NCBI GenBank assembly: GCA_040954595.2
Contig: CM082577.2
Coordinates: 11,108,483 to 11,131,553 of the forward strand
Direction: 5' to 3'
Source: Balanoglossus misakiensis
Lineage: Eukaryota > Animalia > Hemichordata
DNA: 23,071 nt
Below the pieces are notes generated by a model, which was not told the origin of the DNA, ran no database searches, and saw only the letters and a list, made by a program, of their open reading frames with translations. Position 1 is the stretch's first letter. Each line of letters begins with the position of its first letter. The position numbers and the translations under genes were made by a program. Shown here piece by piece: positions 1-11,930 of this stretch.

Positions 1-247
1 ATTCAGGTTTCAGGATAAATGATGTTTTGCGTTACCGAGAGCAGTTTATAACCTTTTTTCGTATAAGATATATTACACAACTGTGTTGAAGGATTCAAAT
101 GAAACATTTTTTATTCCTGATAGAGTAGTCTTTGTAGTTATATTTTAAGCTGTAAAGGAACAGTGCATAGATACTTGAAAATCTTGAATAACAGAATAAG
201 CGGCAAATATTTTACCCACAGTCTGAATAATATTTGAGAAAGAGAGT
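1..247 (+). repeat. Diverged dispersed copy of the ~465-bp unit that is tandemly repeated at 3363-4360
   Basis: Shares ordered blocks with 3381-3630: ACCGAGAGCAG, ATATTACACAA.TGTGTTGA, TTCAAA(A)TGAAA, AACAGAATA, ATATTTTAC. It ends in GAGAAAGAGAG where the other copies have (GA)n. Confidence 0.65.
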
Positions 248-927
248 TTTTAATAATGCCATTGTTTCACAAGGATATCAGCTTTCATCAGAAATAGCCA
301 TGACTTTTATTACGCTATTTTTCGCTATCAGTTTATTTGTATATACTATTTTACAAAACTCTGTTAATTTTGCATCAGAAATAAATGTTTACTTAAGTTT
401 TTCTTTCGAGAGTAGTTTATCACCGTGTTGGGAGTTCACATGTTTAAAACTTGTACTGAAGATTTCTGTTTGTACATTAAAGCACGGGCGTCATGGAACA
501 ATAAAGTGTATAGATATTAATAAACTTATCATAAACGCGACGTCCTCAATGAACAAAGAATAAAATATTTCATGGGTTTGTTTGGTGTGGACGAGAAATG
601 CACTAAAGCTAGGTCAGTGTTAACTTTATGTGCAAAACCACACCGTACGCGTACCTCTATAGGGGATAGGCACCGTGTGTATACGATCTCGTCTTGAGCA
701 GTAAAGGCGATGTCTACGCATGCGTGCGCGCCCGCAACTGATCTGTGTACGTGAGCACAGAGGTACGAATTTTCAACCCAACGCCATTTGGCAACTATTA
801 CGAAGAGAATCGCTACCAAATCAGAGTATGCGTTTTAGATGACAGAGAAACCTAATGTCTGGCTAATCATGTTTCAAAAAGTCGGTCGAACATTCGAGAT
901 ATTATCGATCGAAAAGTGTCACTCGTC

Positions 928-1348
928 CTGGGGACGTGCGTTACCGACGTAAAATGGCGTTTGGGCGATGTCGCAAATTTCGCCATTAAAGGTATACATA
1001 GGACATACTGTTTTCATGCAAAAAAAATTATAGTAAATATAACAGTGATGCACATGAACAACGTCCACCATGACTGGGAGGAGCTGAGCTGAGCTCACGC
1101 ATAGTTTCATACACATGATATAAAACCCGACGATCGATCACGGCACTTCCGGTCACCAGATTCGCAATGGTTTTGTATACGGATTTGTTGTATTTTTCAC
1201 GTTTTCCTTTTTTTAATCATGATTAATCCAACACTTTTCAAACACATTCTAAGCAAAAATTAAAATTATTGACTACACTTCGATGGCACTCTGCTCCGTA
1301 GAACAAAGTGTCCCCCTGTCCCCCCTTTTTGGTAACGCACGTCCCCAG
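928..1348. mobile_element. Putative MITE / non-autonomous DNA transposon (421 bp, perfect 18-bp TIRs)
   Basis: CTGGGGACGTGCGTTACC (928-945) is the exact reverse complement of GGTAACGCACGTCCCCAG (1331-1348). No convincing coding capacity. No clear TSD (flanks ACTCGTC / ACTCATA), so the superfamily is unassigned. Confidence 0.65.
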
Positions 1349-1498
1349 ACTCATATGAAGCGATTGCATACCCTTCCTTTACATACACTGTATACGAACG
1401 CGTCTGTCCTGGCTAGCAACGGAGTCGTACGATCGTCTGCCGCGCGCGCTGGGCCGGGCGCGTGCGCGCGTGCGGTTGTAGATTGCTCCATCACTTCC

Positions 1499-1529
1499 GC
1501 GTTCGGCGCGTTCGGCGCGTTCGGCGGCG
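1499..1529 (+). repeat. Short 9-bp tandem repeat (GCGTTCGGC)x3
   Basis: Seen directly in a GC/CpG-rich patch. Confidence 0.8.
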
Positions 1530-1828
1530 CTAGTGCGTTCGCTCGCATATTTTGCGAGTCCAGCTGTAGCTAGGCCGTTCGTGAGTGTAGTTCTCGTTCA
1601 CATAAAAAAAGGAAATAATTTATTGTGTGTTCGTTTAGACCTATGCTAAATTATCCATACACTTTATTGTTCCATGACGCCCGTGATTAAAGTAGCCTTT
1701 GAAATGAGTTTCGAGTAAAATTGTGGTTTCGTATAATGAAAAAGTTTACTAAAACTTTTAAGTCTTGAACAGCTGAGTCTGAATAAAAATTCTGAATGAA
1801 TATGGCAAATAAAACTAAAAGGAAACAT

Positions 1829-1829
1829 C

Positions 1830-1896
<67 letters not shown>

Positions 1897-1928
1897 TAAA
1901 CAACATAAACAACATAAACAACAACAAC
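1829..1928 (+). repeat. (CAA)n microsatellite with CATAAACAA variants
   Basis: Seen directly; explains the poly-Leu ORF 1664-1927. Confidence 0.97.
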
Positions 1929-3300
1929 TACCACAATCGTAATATCAGCCTAGCTGTGTATAAATTAACGTCTTTTCGAATCGATTTTACTGTATATTTT
2001 AAGAAGTTAATGTTTCACTGTTGCTCATTGTTTTTGCCCAGTGACATGATTTATTTAAATAATAACACATGTTAGCGAGGGCAACATCACAATTTGAATC
2101 CTGCACAAGGGATGGTGATCTCTGACCATAATATTGATGATGCCCGATCGATACGAAATGATGTTAATTTATACACAGTCGGTATTACGATTGTTGTAGT
2201 TTTAAGAAGACCATTGATTCACGATATCCCTATACTACATGAACACATATAGCTAAAATTATTTGATACAAATGCTAGGCGAAATAAAATTGCATAGCAG
2301 GAGCTATGTAAATGCTTAAAAAAGAGCATAAAATTGAAGTGTGCCTCGTAAAATTATCTACTGTATCACATTATCTCAATCAATTGCTATCATGACAACG
2401 AAACATTGGAATGACACATGCAGTATACAAGGAAGTCAAAAGTTTTGATGAAGTTCATCATTAGTGGTGTTGCACACTATATTTTCAATCCCCCCAGCAA
2501 ACAGATTATGTCCAACGTGGAAATGTTGAAATTCCTGTCAACATTGCAAATTGTAGCGACGTGCGATGTCAATGGACATCTTTGCCGTGGCAGTGACGTA
2601 TAGATAAAAAGATTCATAGCTGATTTACTTACTAACAAGGTACCTTTATAGGGTGGATGAAAACAAACCAGGATTGTATTAGTATTATAAGTAGTAACTG
2701 TTGATTATTGTTTACTATTGAATTTTCTTTACCGTTTTCATTGTTTCAATTTATAAGTTGTTGTTTTTTTACGGAGGCAGTAACCAGGCCAGGACTCTGT
2801 TGTTCAAAACTTGACATTTTCAGTAAAACTTTACATCTAAGCAAAATTTCATTCAAGGCTCGTTTCAAAGGCTTTTGATGTACGCAATACTGCATTTGAA
2901 TGTCCCCGCACGTGACAGGGCTTTATCAGCTCTTGCCATGCCTGTCTGTGTTTACTGATGTTAGGAAACTATAACATATACAAGCTATGTTAACTAGGCA
3001 GTATGTTGGGTATTTTATGATTTGTAATAGAGAATAGAATAAGAAAACTGTCGGTGAGACACTGCACACAAAACAAAAGTGACGTAGTGAACATAAGGGT
3101 ATCTTGGCGTAATACGGAACAATATAATCATCATATTGTCCTCTAAGAAAATATACCTGAACTTGCATGTTATAGTAGACACTCTTGAAATTGCGGTTTC
3201 AGTTAACTGCTATGAATGTGATACAGCTTGAACTTAATATTAACATACGATATATTGATTTGTTAGTAAGGCTAAATACTTGATCTTGCTTACCAGCACT

Positions 3301-3326
3301 GTAGAGGTAGAGGTAGAGGTAGATGT

Positions 3327-3359
<33 letters not shown>
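3301..3359 (+). repeat. (GTAGAG)n / (GA)n compound microsatellite
   Basis: Seen directly. Confidence 0.9.
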
Positions 3360-3362
3360 CTT

Positions 3363-3621
3363 AAACTTCATTTAGTAAGAATTTCGGGTTCCAGGGGAGA
3401 TGTTGTTTGACATAACCGAGAGCAGAATATAATATTTCTCTGATTAGACATATTACACAAGTGTGTTGATGGCTTCAAAATGAAATATTCATTATTCATG
3501 GTAAAGTAGCTTGTGAAGCTATTTTTGAAGTTGTGCTTTTATACTATAATTTGAAAAATCTTTCAAGTCTTATTAAACAGAATAGGTAACCACATATTTT
3601 ACTCACCGACTGTGTATTATT

Positions 3622-3712
<91 letters not shown>

Positions 3713-4089
3713 TTGTAACCTAATTGAGACCAAATGACATGATAGGTATTCGCCACACTTCTTTGGACATAGGGGCAAAATGTATTATCTAAAAAGTTCT
3801 TCAAGTTTAAAGTAACAACCAGACTAAAACTTCATTTAGTAAGAATTTCGGGTTCCAGGGGGGATGTTGTTTGATGTAGCCGAGAGCAGTTTATAACATT
3901 TTTCTGATTAGACATATTACACAAGTGTGTTGATTGCTTCAAAATGAAACATGCATTATTCATGGTAAAGTAGCTTTTGAAGCTATTTTTGAAGTTGTGC
4001 TTTTATACGATAATTTGAAAAATCTCCTTTGTCTTAATTATTAAACAGAATAGGTAACCACATATTTTACTCACCGACTGTGTATTATT

Positions 4090-4177
<88 letters not shown>

Positions 4178-4360
4178 TAACAAAATTAAAACCAAATGAC
4201 ATGTTAGGTATTCGTCATACCTATTTGGACATAGGGGCAAAATGTATTATCTGAAAAGTAATTCAAGTTTAAAGTAATAACGAGGCTAACTTAAACTTCA
4301 TTTAGTAAGAATTTCGGGTTCCAGGGGACATGTTGTTTGACGTAACCGAGACCAGTTTAT
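3363..4360 (+). repeat. Tandem duplication, ~465-bp unit x ~2.15, each full unit containing a long (GA)n tract
   Basis: AAACTTCATTTAGTAAGAATTTCGGGTTCCAGGGG starts at 3363, 3827 and 4293; (GA)n at ~3623-3710 and ~4093-4173. Confidence 0.92.
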
Positions 4361-4507
4361 AAAATTCTGTTCCATACTAGACTTATATTAGTAGTGCACA
4401 GCGGCATACTGCATTTTACTGTAGTGTTATGTACTGTGTCGATATCGCTGGGAATACATATATTTCTTTTTTTCGGGATACCGGAATGCACTTTATAATC
4501 ATAATAC

Positions 4508-4789
4508 CTCTGTATTGCTGCTCGAGGAGAGCTAAATCAGTCCTTCCGATGTTTTCAAGAACAGCAAACAACTCATCCGTCTCATTCCACATCACAACTT
4601 TCTTTTCATCTAAAGTTTGCAATAGACCTTGGGTGGTGGTGATGTGGTTTAGATTTCCGACTTCAGGATGTCGTTTTCTTATCTCTGTCTTCATTCTCAA
4701 CAGTTCATCTATTATACAGCATGACAAAACGCATCAAATCTTTCGTTATGCCTCGTGCCATTTCTTCAGACATTAAAGTACAGCTGATT
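4508..4789 (-). pseudogene. Disrupted death-effector-domain (DED)-like exon
   Basis: Reads ISCTLMSEEMARGITKD / ELLRMKTEIRKRHPEVGNLNHITTTQGLLQTLDEKKVVMWNETDELFAVLENIGRTDLALLEQQYR, with the DED-type L-x-x-I-x-R-x-D-L motif. A 31-bp segment bounded by ATCT repeats (4707-4710, 4738-4741) shifts the frame. Candidate donor AG|GTATTA at 4507. The 5' side abuts the nested transposon cluster. Confidence 0.6.
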
Positions 4790-4846
4790 ATTATTATTAG
4801 GGTTTCGAGACCAGAGGGGTCTCGAAACCCTCTTGAAATCGTGTTG

Positions 4847-7821
4847 TTACGGGCCCAAGCCAAGCCAGGCTTGGGCCCGTATTGGTTTCGTTGGGGTTTT
4901 TTACGGGCCCAAGCCAAGCCAGGCTTGGGCCCGTATTGGTTTCGCTGGGGTTTTTCTGTCTTTCTTTCTTTCTTTCTTTCTTTCTTTATTCTTGGTTCCA
5001 TTCTTTATCGCTCTAGATCTCAGACACCGCTGCAGGTACAGTTCTCAAACTTGCTACAGTGGTCAAGGTCAATGAGTAGATGTGCAGTGACTTGTGAATA
5101 CTTAATTAGTCACGTGACATGGCGGCCATATTGGATTTTCTGAAAAAATGCAAATCTCAGATCTCAGAAACTGCAAGTCAGATTTACTTCAGATTTGGTG
5201 TGCTGGTAGAGTACCTTCTGCCCATCATTTTTGTAATTGGATATTTTGCTGTCAATGTTGCAGTTTTTTTGCTACAGTTGTTTTTCTGAAATCTGGTCAT
5301 AATTTCAAAAATCTTCTTCTCCAGAACCGGCGATAACCGAGTCACGCGGTTTGGGGTATGTGGTCACCAAGCTGAGGTCTATCAAGTTTGCGAAGATCAT
5401 TGTGATTGGTCGAAGATTATGGCGGCCATATTGGATTTTCGAAAAACCCTGGTAAAATTTCAAAAATCTTCTTCTCAAGAACCGGCGATAACTGAGTCAC
5501 AAGATTTGGTGTGTGTGGTCATTAAACATATGTCTATCAAGTTTGCGAAGGGGAATGTGATTGGTCAAAGATTATGGCGGCCATATTGGATTTTGTGAAA
5601 AACGATTAAAAAGTAAAAATTCCTTTTCTAGCCTAAAAATTGATAGCACAGAAATTATTTTTATGGATATGAATCATCATATGCCAAGAATAAGCTATAA
5701 ATATTTTGGTAATTTTGGCAATGACCTTTGACCTACTTTTGACGCATGATTTTTCTGCATATCTAATTCTAGGCTAACCAATAGGGCTATAAGTTTGGTT
5801 TTTGATGTATGTGGATTTGTATGTGATCCAAAAATTTTGCTACTTTTCATGACCCCTTTGACCTCTCCTGACCTCATTAAATATGCACATACCTAATTAC
5901 AGATGAACCAATAGACCTAGAGGTTTTGTTTTTGTTATACATGGACCAGTATGGGGTCAAAATATTTTGCCCAAATGTTGGGTGATCTCGGGTGACCTTT
6001 GACCTACTTTTGCGTATCTCGACATCCACAGCAGATACAGCCTTGGCGTTTGGAGGTATGGGGCCATAATGAAAAGCCAACGTTATAGGTCACCTGTGAC
6101 ACCTGCTTAACTCATTAATTATGTGCATACCTAATTCTAGGCTAACCAAAAGGGCTAGAGGTCTGGTTTTTGTTGGACACGGACCACTATGGGTCAAAAT
6201 TTTCTGCCCAAATTTTGGATGACCTCAGATGACCTTTGACCTACTTAACACTTAAACAGCACCAAACATAGATTTAACCTTGATATTTCATGGGATAAAA
6301 CAGCATTATTTTTCTACTCATTAATTATGTGCATATCTAATATCAGATCAGATAATAGAGCTTGGGCCCGGACAATGCTGCTTGCAGCTTTAATCTTTCT
6401 TTCTTTCTTTATTCTTGGTTCACTTCTTTCGCGCTCTAGATCTCAGACACCGCTGCAGGTACAGTTCTCAAACTTGCTACAGTGGTCAAGGTCAATGAGT
6501 AGATGTGCAGTGACTTGTGAATACTTAATTAGTCACGTGACATGGCGGCCATATTGGATTTTCTGAAAAAATGCAAATCTCAGATCTCAGAAACTACAAG
6601 TCAGATCGACTTCAGATTTGGCGTGCTGGTAGTATACCCTCTGCCCATCATTTTTGTAATTGGATATTTTGCTGTCAATGTTGCAGTTTTTTTGCTACAG
6701 TTGTTTTTCTGAAATCTGGTCAAAATTTCAAAAATCTTCTTCTCCAGAACCGGCGATAACCGAGTCACGCCGTTTGGGGTATGTGGTCACCAAACTGATG
6801 TCTATCAAGTTTGCGAAGATCATTGTGATTGGTCGAAGATTATGGCGGCCATATTGGATTTTCGAAAAACCATAGTAAAACTTCAAAAATCTTCTTCTCC
6901 AGAACGGGCGATAACCGAGTCACAAGATTTGGTGTGTGTGGTCATTAAACAGATGTCTATCAAGTTTGCGAAGGGGAATGTGATTGGTCGAAGATTATGG
7001 CGGCCATATTGGATTTTGTGAAAAACGATTAAAAAGTAAAAATTCCTTTTCTAGCCTAAAAATTGATAGCACAGAAATTCTTTTTATGGATATGAATCAT
7101 CATATGACAAGAATAACCTATAAATATTTTGGTAATTTTGGCAATGACCTTTGACCTACTTTTGACGCATCATTTTTCTGCATATCTAATTCCAGGCTAA
7201 CCAATAGGGCTATAAGTTTGGTTTTTGATGTATGTGGATTTGTATGTGATCAAAAAATTTTGCTACTTTTCATGACCCCTTTGACCTCTGCTGACCTCAT
7301 TAAATATGCATATACCTAATTACAGATGAACCAATAGACCTAGAGGTTTTGTTTTTGTTATACATGGACCAGTATGGGGTCAAAATATTTTGCCCAAATG
7401 TTGGGTGACCTCGGGTGACCTTTGACCTACTTTTGCATATCTCGATATCCACACCAGATACAGCCTTGGCGTTTGGAGGTATGGGGCCATAATGAAAAGC
7501 CAAAGTTTTGGGTCACCTGTGACACCTGCTTTACTCATTATTTATGTGCATACCTAATTCCGGGCTAACCAAAATGGCTAGAGGTCTGGTTTTTGTTGGA
7601 CATGGACCACTATGGGTCAAAATTTTCTGCCCAAATTGTGGGTGACCTCTGGGTGACCTTTGACCTACTTAACACTATATCAACACTAAACATAGATATA
7701 ACCTTGATATTTCATGGGATAAAACACAGCATTATGTTTGTACTCATTAATTATGTGCATATCTAATAATCAGATCAGATAATAGAGCTTGGGCCCGGAC
7801 AATGCTGCTTGCAGCTTTAAT
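4847..7821 (+). mobile_element. Middle HINE-like element, family 2 (head 4847-4900, body 6395-7821)
   Basis: 5' hairpin TACGGGCCCAAGCC-aagcca-GGCTTGGGCCCGTA (4848-4881); (TTTC)n resumes at 6395; 3' subTIR GCTTGGGCCCG (7787-7797) plus stem-loop GCTGC-tt-GCAGC (7804-7815) followed by TTTAAT. Confidence 0.75.
4901..6394 (+). mobile_element. Inner complete HINE-like element, family 2 (~1.49 kb)
   Basis: Same 5' hairpin (4902-4935), (TTTC)n at ~4960-4987, body highly similar to 6395-7821, 3' subTIR 6360-6370 and stem-loop 6377-6388. Confidence 0.78.
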
Positions 7822-8456
7822 TTTTTATTATTATTATTATTATTATTATTCTTCCCACTTTTAAAAACAGCCGCTATTCGAAGACCTTTGCACCCAATGA
7901 CTTGAAATTTGGCTCATAGGTAAAACTCAAAGCAAGTAATTTTTTGATCATGTCACTATGGCAACAGGTCACATGACCTGGCAGCCATCTTGGATTTAAA
8001 CTTTTAAATTGGTCTAATTTGCATAAAAAATGAAGAATCCAAATTCTGTTCAGAAACTTTGTGGACCATATGGCCAGGGTCCTATATGCCAAATTTCAAT
8101 GTCTAAGTCCTTGCCGATTTTGAGGAGATGATTTTTAAAGCATAATTTTTCATATTTTCCATGACCATTGGACCCAGCCATTGGCCTATACTTTCCATGG
8201 TTAAGCAATGGCCCCCTAGGATTTTAGATTTATGCCCAATATCTCAACATCCGCTGGGCTGATCAGCTTCAAATTTTGTGTGCAGCTAGCCTACCTTCCG
8301 ACAATCAGTTCCAACTGGAAAAAATAATATGGAAAATCGACCGATTTTTTTATATTAATTTTTTTATGAAATCTATACCTATACTTATTCCACTATACTT
8401 AAGCTATGGCCACATAGTTTTGTAGAATTCTGGTCGGTGCAATAGTCTGCAGCATA

Positions 8457-9600
8457 GGACCAAAATAAGAAGCCAAATTTAAGGCTCACCTGTGACACCT
8501 GCTCAACTCATTAATTATGTGCATACCTAATTCCAGGCAAACCAATAGGGCTACAGGTCTGGTTTTTGTCGGACATGGACCAGTATGGGGTCAAATTTTT
8601 TCCCCACATTTTGGGTGACCTTGGGTGACCTTTGACCTACTTTCGCATATCTCAGCATCCAGAGCAGATACAGCTTAGGTGTTTGGGTGGATGGGACCAA
8701 AATAAGAAGCCAAATTTAAGGCTCACCTGTGACACCTGCTTAACTCATTAACTATGTACATACCTAATTCCAGGCAAACCAATAGGGCTACAGGTCTGGT
8801 TTTTGTCGGACATGGACCAGTATGGGGTCAAATTTTTCCCCCAAATTTTGGGTGACCTTTGACCTACTTTCGCATACCTCAGCATCCAGAGCAGGTACAG
8901 CTTAGGTGTTTGGGTGGATGGGACCAAAATAAGAAGCCAAATTTAAGGCTCACCTGTGACACCTGCTTAACTCATTAACTATGTGCATACCTAATTCCAG
9001 GCAAACCAATAGGGCTACAGGTCTGGTTTTTGTCGGACATGGACCAGTATGGGGACAATTTTTTTCCCCAAACTTTGGATGTCCTTGGGTGACCTTTGAC
9101 CTACTTTCACATATCTCGGCATCCAGAGCAGGTACAGCTTAGGTGTTTGGGTGGACGGGACCAAAATAAGAAGCCAAATTTAAGGCTCACCTGTGACACC
9201 TGCTTAACTCATTAACTATGTGCATACCTAATTCCAGGCAAACCAATAGGGCTACAGGTCTGCTTTTTGTCGGACATGGACCAGTATGGGGACAATTTTT
9301 TTTCCCAAACTTTGGATGTCCTTGGGTGACCTTTGACCTACTTTCACATATTTGGCATCCAGAGCAGGTACAGCTTAGGTGTTTGGGTGGACGGGACCAA
9401 AATAAGAAGCCAAATTTTAGAGTCACCTGTGACACCTGCCTAACTCACTAATTGTGTGCATACCTAATTCCAGGCAAACCAGTAGGGCTACAGGTCTGTT
9501 TTTTGTTTGACATGGACCAGTATAGCGTAAACATTTTCTGCTCATATTAAGCGTGACCTCACGTGACCTTTGACCTACTTTTCCACATCTCAGCATCCTC
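8457..9600 (+). repeat. Internal minisatellite, ~237-bp unit x ~5
   Basis: GGACCAAAATAAGAAGCCAAATTT starts at 8457, 8694, 8921, 9158 and 9394 (periods 237, 227, 237, 236). Confidence 0.93.
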
Positions 9601-10889
9601 AGCACATACACCCTTGGCATTTGGAGTGATAGAACAACTAATGCAGTAATTAAATATGCACAAATCTATCTCCAGGCGAACCAATAGGGCTAGTAGTGTC
9701 TCGAAACCCGCTTATTGCTGTTCACAGCTATATTTGATCTAACATTGGTGAATAATTTTCTCATAATAAAATTATCCATCATGAGGAAACATATCTTTTC
9801 ACTTGTTTATCTAGGTTTGCAAGTTTACAGCCGTTCAATATTTCCTGTTACTCTACCTAAATGTATTCTGTTAATTATCTTAAGTAGAAGACATTCCATT
9901 GTGGAATAGTCTGCGCATACCTGGTGTTATTTCTCGATGGAGTTTTTCCTTCAGAGCATTCCATTCTCTCCTTGCGTCGTCTGGTATCCATGACGCCATG
10001 GTTATATCCTATGTTTAAGACATACAAAGGCTGCGAACGGGAAATAACATTCGCATGTTATAACATCATGTATGCATATGAAAGAATACCCCAAAATGTT
10101 TCCGGGTTGGAGTTCTGTCGTCCGATTTCAATTTGATTGATTCGCAAATTTGGAGAATCGCGAGAGGAAACAAACCTATACATTGCGTCAACGAAACACC
10201 ATCATTTGCTAAGTGGTATTGAATTTTATTTTGTTTTTAAAATGTTACTGGTTCAAGCGTCTCTATCGGCTCTTGATGATGCTCAATTTAAAATTGTTAC
10301 ATACAGTTTGAGTTTGGTTTGAAGTTATTGTAGAGATCTAAACAATGAGAATTATAATTCCGGTAGTTTTAATCACTGTTTTATGTTTACTAAATAACAT
10401 TACGTTGAAGTATTCATGATATTTCCAATAGTCAAAAGACCCAGGAAAAGTTAGAAACGCAGACGTTTACTTATTTTCACCCAAACCCTCTGCTGGATAA
10501 AGACCCGAGTTTTCAAATTGTAGATTTCAATAAGGTGACCTACCGTGTATCCAAAGGTCTTTCGTGCGAGTGGTCGAATCCAACGTCGATCACAATGTGG
10601 TCAAGAATTACTGCCAAAATAATCACACAACGCATCAACAGAATGATAAATGACAGTTCAAGAGACATTATGGATTAACATTCTGAAATTTCCCCCTTAC
10701 ATCGATGAGTGTTTATAAAATAGTTTTCTCTCAGCTTGACACCCCCCCCCCCCTTCACCACCGGAATTGTTGCGCTTTCAAAATAAATTTCAGAATAAGC
10801 ACGCACTGGTACAGTGTCACCCTGGTAGTTTGGACTTATTGTAGTAAATGCAAATACTAAACTCTTTGACGTCCACACACTATACGCGT

Positions 10890-11785
10890 AATGGCCGATA
10901 TGGCGGTGCTTCACACCCAAATCGTGAACTGTCAGTATACGGTATATAGCGGGAAAATTGACCTCTTACAAATATAATAGAAATTTCTACCTTGACTATT
11001 GTTTACTTCTCAACATATTTTTATGAGTGGTTTTATCCAGTCTTTTTGAGCATTTTGATTAGGCCTACAGTCAAAATTTTGAAGGAAATTAAAACAAGAA
11101 CTTACTTCAGGTTCTCTGCAGTTCTGTGTCCATGTATGCCAATCCGAATAACTCAGTGTGTTAGTGGCGACGGCTGGACTTTGGTAAAAATACACGCACT
11201 TGTAGCTTCCCTATTAACGCTATGAATAATATGACAAAGCTCTAGGCCTGTAACCTTTGACATTGGCCTGAACACTAGCGGAATGCAAATATGGCGTGAT
11301 AACACATGTATTTTGGTATTATTTGACCTCTTACAAATATAATTGAAATTTGTACATGAACTTATTATAGTCATGGTGCAATTTGCGCAATTTTATAAAG
11401 ACTATACGACGGTCATTTTGACCTGACGGAAATGATGGCTTAATATAACACTGAAACTATGCCTTGACTTAAATGTGCCGTTTACTTCTCGCCATATTGT
11501 GTACGTCGAGTGGTTTTATCCTACCAACCCCGTTTATATTCTCATGCACACAGAGGAATAATTGTGATTAGGTATACAATGTAATATGGTTTGTCGCGAT
11601 TTAGGAAATTAAAACAAAAACTTACTTCAGATCCTATGTCCATATACACCAGTCCGAGTGAGTTTAGTGGGTTAGTCTCGGTGGCATCTGCTGGACTTTG
11701 GCAAACACACCTGTAGCTCCGCTGGACGTTGACCCTAACTCTAGCGGAATGTAAATAAGGCGTGATATCAATGTATTTTGACATG
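10890..11785 (+). repeat. Old degenerate tandem duplication (~400-520-bp period)
   Basis: Paired blocks: TTGACCTCTTACAAATATAAT (~10959 and ~11323), GAGTGGTTTTATCC (~11025 and ~11508), AGGAAATTAAAACAA.AACTTACTTCAG (~11083 and ~11603), GCTGGACTTTGG (~11172 and ~11690), CTAGCGGAATG (~11275 and ~11741). Confidence 0.8.
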
Positions 11786-11930
11786 ATTGATGTGTTTTGT
11801 TTCACGTAGTTCTTTTTATGGCAACCGGAGGGAACATTGCATTTTCTTCGTATTATTGAGGCAATTTTATATATAAAAAAAATAGTGCATGTTTAATTCT
11901 AATGCCAATCAGTTATCTTAAAATAACAAA

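Larger units (their letters stand above)
4787..9735 (+). mobile_element. Outer non-autonomous Helentron-type (DINE-1/HINE-like) element, family 1, split by nested insertions
   Basis: 5' 14-bp hairpin AGGGTTTCGAGACC-agagg-GGTCTCGAAACCCT (4799-4831); (ATT)n microsatellite resumes after the nested inserts (~7826-7850); internal ~237-bp tandem repeats; 3' subterminal IR GTCTCGAAACCC (9698-9709) plus small stem-loop GCTG-ttca-CAGC (9717-9728); T-rich ends. This matches the known DINE-1/HINE architecture. Confidence 0.75.

Noticed and set aside
234-563. 109-aa ORF
   Set aside because: AT-rich, non-ATG start, no motif; likely chance.
1664-1927. 87-aa poly-Leu ORF
   Set aside because: Translation of the (CAA)n microsatellite.
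3544-3804. 86-aa SLSLSL ORF
   Set aside because: Translation of the (GA)n tract.
8457-9600. CRISPR-like periodicity
   Set aside because: Whole units are repeated with no unique spacers, there are no cas genes, and the context is eukaryotic.
4705-9620. Many short, duplicated ORFs (e.g. 4721-5143, 5877-6080, 7300-7503, 9187-9435)
   Set aside because: They lie inside non-coding repeat units, have no domain motifs, and recur only because the DNA is repeated.
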